The translations under genes were made by a program, and so were the position numbers. The notes below the pieces were generated by a model. It saw only the letters and a list, made by a program, of their open reading frames with translations. It made no database searches and had not been told where the DNA came from. This document shows positions 24,425-36,400 of a stretch of 43,217 bases of DNA, piece by piece. The DNA is from a virus (Duplodnaviria > Caudoviricetes), in IMG/VR virus record IMGVR_UViG_3300025018_003796, positions 1 to 43,217 of that record. One strand, given 5' to 3'. Every line of letters starts with the position of its first letter. Position 1 is the first letter of the stretch.

Positions 24425-27400
24425 TCACCGGTCAGCCTCGGCGGCTGCCCGGCGGGCGGCCCTGATGAGTTCGCGCTTCGGAGGGCGAACCATACTGCGT
24501 TCAACGGCGTTGATTGATCGGTTGTCGTAATACGGTACATTCCCGTAGGCTCCCAGCCCCTTGTCTGTCACCCGTTTGTTGTACGCCTTGATTTCCTCGG
24601 CGATTTTGTCTTTTTCCTTTTCGGATCGCTGTTCTTGCGGGGCCAGCAGCCATTTCCGGTAGCGGGCGGAGATCTCGCTGCGCATGGCGGCATATTCGGA
24701 TTCGATCTTGCGGTCGGCCCATTGTGTCTCGCGCATGGCCGCGATTGAGGCCGGGTTCGCGCCGGCGGCCCGGAGAATCGTTTCCCCGGTGGTGGCCTTG
24801 CGCGGCTTGTCGCCATCGAACAGCGGCATATTGTTTTCGCCAGTGAGACCTTCGCTGGCTTCGCGGTAGGCTTTGACAAAGTTAGCCTCGAATCGCGGCA
24901 ATAGCGTCTCCGCCGCCTTGAGTGCATTCCCCTCGGCAGCGTACTCCCCGGCTTTGATATAATCGAGGACGGCCGATCCGGGGGCACCGAACCAGTCATA
25001 CCACTTATCGAGTTCAAAGGTCCGCACACCGAGCGAGCCTGAAAGATTGATGTTGGCGGCACCCAGCAGCCCGTAACGGGCGGTGCGTCCAGCGGTGCGC
25101 CCGGCAAAGCCGCCAAGCTGTTCGCTGAAGTATTCCTCGATCCATTGATAGTATTCCTCCTCCGGGTCTTCCGGCGGCTCCACGCCGAACGCCTTAAATA
25201 CCATTTTCGCCAGCAGGACGACAAACTGGCGAGGAATGAACGCCTGCGGACCGGCCAAAAGCGCCGGGGCGACCAGCATCCAGGCCAGCGCGCGGAAGTT
25301 TTTCTTATCGACAGCGATTTCCTTCATCAGCAGGTATGTGTTGTGGGCGAATCCCTGGAACATATACATGGACCGCAAGGTCTGCGCACCAACGGACGGG
25401 CCGCGCGTCCATGCCGGAAGATTGGTCTTGCCGAATACCGAGTTGGCCTTGTTGGACACATACAAGCCTTTATTCAATGCCGCCTCGTTGTCTTTTGCGG
25501 TCCACTCCCCTTTGTGCTGCTCCCTGATACCCCGGTAAGTGGCGGCAATCGTGGACATTCGAACGAGCCGTTCCACAACAGAGTAGGCCAGCAAGTGCGA
25601 TTCCGTGAACTTCTGCATCACCATACCGCTGCGGCGCTGTAGCACGGCCAGTGCCTCGTGGTGTATCTGGCTGCTGTCCCACCCGCGGGCGTGGATCTCG
25701 TTGAACAGTTCCGCGCCGGCAGTGTCGAGCCCCTGCCCTTTGCCGGTCTTCTGGTGAATCTGCCAGCGCACATAGTCGGAGGCTGAACGTGTCAGCAGCT
25801 TTGCCGTCTTGAGCATCGGAATATCAGCAAAGGCGCTCATGGCCGGGCCGCTATGCGTGACCAGCGAGGTGAAGTTGACCAGTCCTGAAAACAGACTGGA
25901 CATATACTTTGTGGCCGTAAGTCCCTTGAGTGTCCCGATTACCCGCTCCGAACGTGTCTCGTTGCGCAGCATCTCCCGTGCGTATGAGACCGCCTCATCG
26001 TAGGCGTTGCCCTGTGTGGCGCTGTCGATCCTGTTTTTGGCAACCTCGTCGGCGTAATCGTGATACCAGTCTACAGCGGCTGCATCAATGTCCTCTGCCG
26101 TGACCCTGCTGGCTGTATTCTCGGCAATGAATGCAGTCATTCTGCGCATCCGGTATTGCCGCCACGTCTCGGTCTGCCCGGTAATGGACCGCATGAACTC
26201 CTTGGCGAGCAGCCGTTTGGCGGTGCCGCCGGCAATGCTCTTGCCGGAAAGCGTGATCGCCTTGAGCGCGTCGGTCTCGTATCCCTGCCAGACCTCCTTG
26301 CCGGTGGAACCGTCGCGGGCGATCTTGTGGGACCGGCTACCGCGCTGGTGGATCAGGTCGGCGATGTTTTCGGTAATCGTCTCGGCAAAGGACGAAACCT
26401 GCATCTTGGTGATCTCGTGGCGTAGCAGTGCATTGACAAGGCGTTTTTCAATATCCCCTTTCGGATTGATGAACCGCCATTCCTTCGGCGAATCGTCCAG
26501 CGTCATGTATTTGCCGCCTGCATCCTTCAGGATGCGGTGCTGATGCTTGCTTGTCACGCCGCCCTCAATAACAAAGTGCTTCTCGATTTTCCCGTTGAGC
26601 GTCTTGTAATCCTCCCACCGGCTGGAAATATTGATGGATTCAAGCCCGCGTGACTCTTTTTCAGTCTTCTTGATCTTGTCGAGTGCTTTCTGCAGTTGAT
26701 CGTTAAGGGCGAGCACGGAAACATCCATATAGGAGGTCTCGCTCGGGCGATCGGATACGGACTGGCTGAACTGGTCGTATCCCTGGCGGCGAAGTTCGCG
26801 CATCTTGGCCCAGCGCATCAAGCCCGTGTCGAACAGTTGCAGGAATCGCGCCCCATCACTTGTGCGGACGGCCGATAGCTTGAACTTGCCGCTGCGGCGC
26901 ATACGCGGCATGTAATAGCCCCGCCGGTCGCCCATCTCGCGCAAGGCCTCCCACAGGTCGCCCATTTCCCCGTCGGCCTTCTTGATCTTCGGCATCGGCA
27001 AGCCCAGGTCGTCAAGCTCGTCCTGCGCCGTCTGCACCTCGCCGCGAATCTGTTCATACGCCCGGTCGTTGATCCGGCGGACCGCCAGCAGCATCTCTGC
27101 GGCCTCGGCGCTGTAGCCTTCCTTGCGCAGGTCGTTCGCTTCCAACTGGTGCGCGGCTTCCCATGCCTGGCTCTCGTAGGTGAAGTTATCCTGAAGTGCC
27201 CCACCCTGCTTGACGGGTTTTCCATCCAGGCCGAAGACCATCCAGCCGCCGTTGCGGTCATCCTCTACCGCCCGGTAGCCCTTGGCGTTCATATCGCGGG
27301 TCCAGAGGTATTTCTCCAGGCGTACCCACTCGGGATTCTGCCAGGAAGATATGGCCTTGAGCGCTGGGCGGCCCTTGGTTGTGAACTTGCGCACGGCTTC

Positions 27401-30400
27401 CAGGTCGCTATCCCCTCGCCCGTCATCACCCTGATTGAAGACCAGGCTTTCAAATTTGAATTTATTGTCCATCCAGCGAGACGCGGACTCGACCATGTTG
27501 CGCAGGCCGGGGACTTTCTCGCCGTAATGGTGAATCGTTGACGCCAGCAGGTCAACCCATGTGATATTCGGGCGCTGGTTGGAATCCCGGATATGTGCTT
27601 CGGCCATTGCCGCCGCACTCTTGTAGCGGCTGGGAACGTTGGCATACACATCATCCCACGAGGATTTCGGGTTGTTTCTGCGGTATTCGGCGATTTGCTT
27701 GTCTGTCGCCTTCCAACGGGATCCGTGGCGCTGGAGTCCACCGATAGATGCCATTGTCATATCCATGGCCTGATTCCACATCGTTTCCGCCTTTTCCTTC
27801 TCGAACTCGGCTTCTGCCGGGGGCTTGTCCAGGTGGGCCGGGGGCTTGAACTCCCAGGCGGTGTCGCCATTCTCGGTCTTGACGGCCTGCAGGAATGGCG
27901 CGCCATCGGGCACGTCGTTGGGATCCTCTGTACGGAACACGCCGGGGCGGACCTCCACCGGGCCGGACTGGTCGCCAGCATCGGCGAGGGCAAAGCGGGG
28001 TTCGTCGGTGGCCCTGTCGAACCGCTCGGAAAGCGTCTTCACGCGACCCGAGTCGTCGCGTAGCTCGGTAGCTAATGTCGGCATACTATAGAATCCCTTA
28101 ATCCATTCAGCCGGAACATTGCCGTGGATCTGTATGCCTGAATAGGTGCCATACGTCACGTTAAAGTTCCCGTCCCACGAAAACCTTTCTAGCGTCTTTT
28201 TTATAGGGATTTTAAGATGAATAACAGTATGCGCGTCATTTAGCGCGCTCAATATCCCATCATATCCCATCGCGATGTCATCAGGATCCAAAAACACATA
28301 AACAGACGAATCCCTTGCATTTCCCGTTCTGCCTGACGAGCTTAGCTCTGTTCCGTTTATGCCGCTTGCAAACTTTTCTTTTGGTGCATCTGTGACATGA
28401 TAAGCGTCAACTTCTTTCGCGTCTGTAAGCCTTCTCAACTCACGCATCATAAAGGACATTGAATCTTCATCATATCCCAGAACACCATTGTTGTCATAAA
28501 ACTGCGCCAAGGATTCCAGCGCCTTGGTGGTCATTTCTGGCTGTGGAATATTATTTGTTTTTATCCATGCGCGATTAACCATGCGCTGCGCTTTTTCCCA
28601 ATCTTCTGTCTCCACCGCCGCCAGGTAGGCGGCATCCTGCTCGGCGGTGACGCCCTGTGCCTTATCTCCCCGCGCCGCCGCCAGTTGATTCATCATTGGC
28701 GCATCAGTGTTGTTCTGTTTATCCATGCGGGCCTGTATAACCGAATTGACATAATCCCGCAACTCTGAATCGGTGGCGGAGAGCTTCATGCCGGCGGCGC
28801 GGCCGATCCGGCGGATGGTGGCGACAATGGCGTCGACAAACCGACCCCAGAGGGAGCGGTTGGTCTGGCCGTCGCGGTAGGCCTTGGCGGCCAGTTCACG
28901 GAAGAACTCGACCGATCCGGGTTTGAAGCCGTAATTCTTTTCGATCTCGCGGGCGATTGACTGCCACTTGCCGCCGTAGGTGGCGATTCCAAGCCGCCGG
29001 GTGCGGACGGGATCGGCAAACTCGTTCTCGATCCGGTGGAAGGCTTCCTCGCGAATGTCGCCGGCCAGTTCGCCGGCATTGTTGTAGCGGTCCAGGATGA
29101 ACCAGGACTTGTCGCCCATCGTCACCGCCCGCACCTGCCCTGCCCCATCGCGCATATAGCGGGCCTGGCCCTCGTTGAGGATCGTCGCGCGCATCTTCTC
29201 CGTGACCGGGATGCTCCAGACCTGCTGTGTGGGCCGGATCTCCGCCGCCAGCTTCTCAATCAGAGCATCGGCTTCGGCCTCGGTACGTTTCCGCCAGGTA
29301 TTAGGCCACTGCGTTACGATCCAGCCGTATTGGTCTTTCGCCTTTGTTGCCTCAATTCCGGTGGTATCGCCTTTCAGTGACGGATCAATGCTCGTCTTGC
29401 CCACCGCCGCGTCCTTGTCAAGCTTCTTGAGATACTTGGCCACCTCGGTCGGGAGGATCTTGTCGTAGAATCCCTTCATCCCATCGCCGCCGATTTCGAG
29501 GTCAAGGCCGGACCAGTCCTGCATTCCGTCAGGGGCGGCGACGATCTTGGCGGCTAGTTCCTTCCCAATCACGTCCGGCAATTTTTCCGCCGTTGTTGTA
29601 GTATCGAGCACCGAAACACCGTCTTTGCGGGCTTCTATGCGATACTGCCCGTCTTCTTTGCGGGTACTCGAAACCGTGTCCACCTGCTTGGCTAGGCTGT
29701 ACCGCTCATTCTGCACCTCGCCCGGCGTCCAGGCCACGGCGTCATAGCCCTGCTCGGCGGCCATGCGCAGCACGCGCTTGAACGCCAGCATCGACCACGC
29801 CGGAGTGCGTTTGAACGGGGCGGCGGGGACGCCCTTGCCGTATCCAGAACCGCCGGGAGAGAAGTCGTCGGGTTCTTTTTTGTAACCTTCCTCGCGTCCG
29901 CGCTGGTGCCAGTCGCTCTGTATTTCCTCGATGAACAGGGTCTTGCGAGGGGGCGTGTACGAGGTTCCGTCCGCGCTCGTCACGCGGTCATTCAGCCGCA
30001 TGTGGACAAGGATGTTCGGATCCTCGGGCCAGTGGGAGGATGTGAAAACGCCTGCGTTGCGAATGCTTTTCTGCTTGTTTAGCGTATCAATCGCGGCTTT
30101 TGTTGCGGCTTCTTCCGAAGAATGCCCCTTGGTTAGCGCCGTTTGCCCGGCTTTGTGAATGACATAGTATTTCCCGTCGTTAGGAGATTTAACGGCCCGA
30201 TACTCTCCGGGTAGCTCGGTTATCCGCGTGCGAACAACCGGCAGCCTGATCAACACCTCGCGGTAGTTCTCGCCGCCGGGTAGCTGGTACTGGCCGAACT
30301 TGGTGTTTGCTCCCACAAGCACCTGGTCTCCGTGGGGTGTATCTTCGACATCGGTTGCCCTTCTCGCGTCCTCAATGTCTTCGATTTCAGAAACATACCG

Positions 30401-33400
30401 CTCGGGAATGTCTTTCCGTGCTCCATCCTGGTCCTGATACAGCCAGCGCAGCGGGCGTCCAGACATGTACGGCATGAACCCTGTAGGCACGCCCAACTCT
30501 ATCCCGATTTGGCGAAGGCGCTGCTCTGCCTGCTCGGCTTTGCTCATAACGCTGGCGTCTTCCTTAACGACTTCTTCCAGCTTCGGTCCGCCCTGCTCGA
30601 TGAAGTCCAGCACCTGATCCTTGGTGACCTTGCCCTCGATGCCCTTGAGCCAGTCGGCCAGGCCGATCTCCTCGTACTCGTCGAGCTTGAACGCGCCATT
30701 CTTCTGCGCGCCTTCAAGGCGGGCAACAAGATACTTGGCGGGCATAGCCTTGAAATCCATCCGTTCCACTGCTCGCCCGAGGGCGGAGTAGAACCCGAGT
30801 TTATCCTGGTTGACTTCCGATCTGGCGGCCCGGCCCTCGCCGCGGGCGATTGCCTGGCGGACCGGGGCGGGTAGAGCGTCCAGGCTTTCGACGGCGCTGG
30901 CGTTCTCGCCGGCCCACGGGGTTTTGTCGGCTTCGGCCTGCATTGTCTTCTCGAACGCGGTGCGGGCGATCCCCGCCGCCGCCGCCGTGGTGGCCCCGCG
31001 CGCGGCTTGGGCGGTGGTGCCTGAAACCTGTCCGTTGATGTCGCGCACCCGTTCGATGGCCATATTATCGGACATATTGCCTGGGCTCGGGCGGAACCTT
31101 GCCTTGGATAGAACGGACAGGCGGGCGGCTATCGCCGGGATCTGGTTAACGTCCACCCTGGCGATCATTCGGTTGCCGACGCGGTTGAAGTCGCCGGTAA
31201 TCGCGCGGATCTGGTCGTCGAGGAAATACTTACTGCCGGTCGCGCGCGCTGCCGGTACGGAAATGTTGATCTGCCCGGTGTAGCCTCGCGGCGTAAGGCG
31301 GACAACATCGCTTTCAACGCCGGATCGCTCGGTATCGAGCCATAAGCGGACCGCCGCGCCGTCCACCAGATCCCGGCGGGGATCGCGGGCAAGCTGGCTG
31401 GGAGTCCAGGTCATGGGCATAAGCAGGCCCGTGATGGTTTTGCCTTCGCGCGTCTTGAACGAGACCAGCCGCCCGCGGTTGCCTGCCGCGTTGATCGCCC
31501 GGATTGGATTGCCTGAAATGATCTGGCGCTCGAATCGTCCGCCGGTCTGGTTGACATCGACCTGGCTTTCGTCGGCATAAGCCCGCCCGATGGAGAAACC
31601 GCCATTACCAACCTGCGACAACGGCACGCGCAGCGAATGGCCGCCGGGCTGGTTGGTCATGATATGCAGCACGATACTACCGGGAGACGCCTTGACACGA
31701 TCGGCGGTCTGTTCGGGCAGGGTGATACCGGTGATCATGCCGATCGCGTCGATACCTTCCTGCTCGTTGGTGATGCTCGCATACTCACCAGCCATACGCT
31801 GGAGCGACAACAGTACCGGTGCCACGCGGCTCTGGAATATGGCAGAGGCATTACGCGCATGATCGAGCCGCTTACGGACAGTGGATAGTTCACCAAGCGT
31901 GATGTCGGGATTCGCAACGGTGGTTTCGCTTTCGTCGATGATCTTACTATAAGCCGTTTCAATCTGTTCCACAAAACCGACAATGCGCTCCTGCATGGCC
32001 TCGGCACTGCCGGAACGCTCCTCGAAATCCTTCTGCATTTCCTTGGCGGTTGGCACATGCCGTGTATCCTTGATCTCCCAGCGCTGGATCTTGGTGTCGG
32101 CCTCGAAGATGTTGGCCTCGCTGGTTCCTGGCCGGAGTGTTTCCTCGCTGATCATCACGCCGTCCCAGTCGTCATGCACGGCAATTTCAAGTTCGTACTG
32201 GTCCGTGGCTTTCAAGTAGGCGATATAATCCGTGTATTTCTGGATGATCGCCGCATAGGCCTCTTTCTGGATACGGTTCGGCATCAGGGCCATTCGACCG
32301 GCAAACACGTTGGCGAAGTCTTCCCGGTCGGGAGTGACTGTCCCGGTGCGCTCGTTGACCTCTGGCGACATATCCAGCATATCCTGCAACGCCGGGTTAT
32401 CCTCGAACATATACTGGGCGACGATCTGGTCGCCGTAGCGGTTCATGAAGTCAACCTGGTCGAGCGAGACGCCGCCTTCCTGCGCTGCCGTCGTGTTGGC
32501 GTTGAGGCTTTTCATCTTGCGTTCAAGCACCATGGCCGGACGCCGCTCGGCTTCCAGCGGCAATACCGGCATCGAATACTTGGCGCCGCCTGGAATCATA
32601 CCGGTGCGCTTGATCCGGCCCAGGGTCTGGACCATGACGTTAATATCCCCGTGAGGCTGGGCGATGATCATATTGCGGGTCTTGATCGGGCGTTCCTTGA
32701 ACTTCGGGGAGGCGTGGATCGAAAGGCCCGTTGAACCGGAGGCGTTGAGGATCAGTGCGTCGAGGTCGCCGTTATTGAATCCATTGACCAGGGCATTCTT
32801 GTCCGCCTTCTGCCGCCGCTCGTAGATGCCCGACTTATAGGATGAGTCCGCATAGCGGATCCCGCTTTGCCGTCCGGTAAGCTCGCCGACACGGAGCCCC
32901 TTGGACCGTAGCCCCTGTAGGATCGCATCAATCGGGGAAGTGGGAATATCGACTTCAAGATCATTGATCTGCTCGATGATCCTGTCATAGAAATCCTGCA
33001 ACCCGAGTTCGCCGGCGGTGGTCGTGAAGGTTTCCGCGTTACCTTGCGGGTCCTTGACGGAAAAACGAAGCGTGCGGTCCAGCGCACGCCGGAGCATATC
33101 CCTGAAATCCATCGAGACCGGATCGCCGACGCGCCAGCCGTTCTGCTCGGCAAACTGATCCATCATGGCTTCCTGCGTGTTCATCAGGGCGATGACTGGC
33201 TTTTCCCCGCGCTGGTGGGCGGCGACGGCTTCTTCCACTACGGCGTCGACCTTGGTGGCCAGCAGCATCTGGGAGATGTAATTATGCGCGATCGAGGCGA
33301 AGGGGGTGTAATCCACCTGGGCGTCGGTCATGGCGGTTGCGCGGGCTCCGGGGCCATTGTCCCGTTTAATGGAAGTCCTGACAAGATTGCTGAACATCTT

Positions 33401-36400
33401 GATCTCGCGGAATATCGAGGTCGTGTCGTCAACCTTCGACGCCAGTTCATCCGCCCGTTCCTGCTGGACGATCTTACGCTCGAATACAACGCCGGAGAAA
33501 TCGCGTTCACGGCGGACAAGTTGACCGACCGAAGAAAGGGCTTCGGCGACGGCCTGCTGCAAGGCGACGCCGCCGCGGCTCATGGCCTCTACCAGATCGT
33601 TGATATTATCCGCCGCCCTCCCCAGGAGTGTGCGGAAATAGAGCGGGGCGTTATCGGGCCGCTTGGCGTAGGTGGCCGAAAGGTAAACCACGCCTTTTAC
33701 GCCTTTGCCGTTGAGGATTCCTGAAAGGACGGTCGTTGTCCGGTTGGCCCCGCTGCCTCTCTTGACCTCGCCGCCGCGAAAGAATGCGCCCTGCATCGAA
33801 TCGCTACCGCTGGCCTCGTGCGCCTCGTCCATGATGATCATGACGCGCTCATTGCGGGAAAGGTGCGTGAGCAGGCGCTGCTGGTCATTCTGCACGTTGA
33901 TCTGCGGATAGGTGGCAATAACCGTGTCGAACTTCTGCGACGCGATACCCTTGTCGATAATGCTGTTGATCGCCGTGCGCCTGGCACCGGCCGACTTCGG
34001 GGCCTTGAAAAGCACGCGCCCGGTCTCGTCAACCACATCCGCGCCGCCGTCCGTGGAGCCCAGGATGAACGGATTGAAGGAATAGCCGACATCATTGGCG
34101 TCGCGCTGCAAGTCGGAAAAGAGCTTGGCATCCTTTGTGAAGAATATGGGGATGATCCCGTTCTGCTGGGCATAGCGCATGATCCCGGCGGCCTGGCGGC
34201 CCTTGCCTATGCCGGTCTCGTCGGCAATGATCAGCGCGCCGCCGTTCTCGATCTGGTCGATCGCCAGCGCCACGCCGTCCACCTGCTCGGCGGCCATCGC
34301 CCGGTGCAGATCCGCGATCGTATCGTAACCGAGCTTGTACCGCACCCACTCGTCAATGTCGCCGCCCACCTTGTCACGCAGCTTCTCCAGGGCGGAGGCA
34401 ATGCCGGGGGCCATATTCGAGGGGACAAGGGTTTCGAGGCTGGTCGCGTCGGAGGCCGGAACATAACGGTGCTGACCGGCGTTCTGCGGCTGCCCTAGTA
34501 GAGAAGTGCCTCTAGGTAGGTCCCGAGGTTCAACTCGGTCGCCAGTTCCAGCGCGGTCTCCGGATCTTCCATCGGCGTCTGCGGGCTGTTCATCGCGTCC
34601 CTCGCGCTGGTTATCCATTCCCTTATCGGATGACCCGCGTCCGCCTGGGGCAGAAGTTCTGTCATTAGTGCGTGGACTGAAAAGGTCTTGTTCGTCAGGG
34701 GTTCCGGCGGCAGAATCATCCGAACTTCGTATGGCAGGTTTTCTACGAGGCGGGATTGTTCCTCTCGTAGATCCGCTTCGTCCGCCTCGTCCACCAGCCT
34801 TTGCAGGATTGCTGCCTGGTTGCCCAGGAACTGCTCCAGTGTCTTCGGGGGCGGGCTGTTGCGCTTCAGGACGCACATCAGGTCCGATCTTCCGATCGGC
34901 ATCCAAACTGTCTCGTCTTTTTTCAACTGCATCACGCACCTCCTTGGCTCTGGTATAAATATCATCCCACGACGTTAATCTGTCAACACTTTTTGGAGCC
35001 AGATCCTGCGGCACGGAAGGCACGTCCTGCCGCCGCCCGTCAAGGACGATCACCCGGAGCGGCCATTTGGCCCCCTGCTTGCCGTACAGCTCGCCGTCGA
35101 TCTCGAAATGGTCGGCCACATTGAAGTGGTTATGCAGGTAGTTGAGGAACGTGCGGTCGGCCCCCTGCCCTATTTCGCCGGGTTCGCGGTTCGCACCCAG
35201 GATCATGACGGCACGGCCATCGGCGGCCAGACCGCGCAAGGCCTGCAAGGCGATGACATGCTCGATCTTCTTGATCGCGTACCCGTCCACATTGGTGGTC
35301 GGATAGGAAGCAAACGGCGGATTCATCACAATCGTGGCGTGCGGGCCGCCGGGCTCGCGGGCCGTGGCGTCATCGGTCGTGACGGTGGGCACCCCTAGTG
35401 TGCGCAGATTGGACGCGCGGGCGGGATCCAGTTCGTTCGCGGTGACTTTCGCCTTGTCCAGGCCGATCAGGAGCATCCCGTTGCCGCCGGTGGGCTCGTA
35501 GACGCTGGCGGCCAGATCCGCCGCCGCCATATAGGAGGAAATAAACGCCAGCGGTGCCGGGGTGCTGTAGGCCTGGTTCTCGATACTGGTGGAAGTGCGG
35601 GCGGTAAGCAGGGGCTGATTCTCGTAGAGTTCGACCAGTGCCTTGTATTTGGCGGCCGTATCCAGATTCGCGCGGCTGGCGATCTCGTCGGCGATCTTGA
35701 CCAGTTCAAACTCGATGCGCTCCTGTAGCTGCTTGAGGGTGATTCCCTCGGCGCTGGCCATCTGGCGCATCCGCACTGCTTTCGCCTGGTTGCTGTCTCG
35801 TGAGTTGATTAGCTCGCGAAGGGCCAGATCAGGCTTGACGGCTGTATTCACGTTTTCCGCCGCGGCTTTGTCAATAGCCGAAATCACTTCCCGCGCGTCG
35901 GTCCGGGAGATGTCGTCGAGGGTGTCATCCACCGCGCCGGCGCTCTGCCAGGCCCCGTGCAGGAATACCTTGATCGCGTCCCAGAAGTCGGCCATATCGA
36001 CCGATACGTTATGCGCGAACTGCTTGAAGGTCTTGACGCCACCCTCGGCATAGAGCGCGGCCATCTGCGCCGCCAGCGATACGTTCTCGGGGTCCATCAC
36101 TGGCGGTATCTGAAGCGGGTTCATGCTCAAGGTGCCGTTGTTCTTTGACAGGTTCGCCCGGAGTTTGTCCTGGATCGCCTTGAGCTGCGCCTGCTTCTCG
36201 TCGGAAAGGTTCAGCTTCGCGCTCTTGACTTCCACCTTGGCGCGCGCCTTGGGTGCCGGGGCGGGCGACTGGGCGGGCCGGTTCTGTTCGAGCCATGCAA
36301 ACGCCTCGCTGGCTGTGGCGAATCGCGGCGTCTTGTCGATCGCCTTTCCTTTTTCGTCTTTCGTATAGAAAAACGGTTTCCCGATGACTGCTTCGCGGTC

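Noticed and set aside
35845-35874. Another intragenic TTGACA in the giant ORF (TTGACA-17-GTGAAT)
   Set aside because: Poor -10 and no SD-start ORF downstream.
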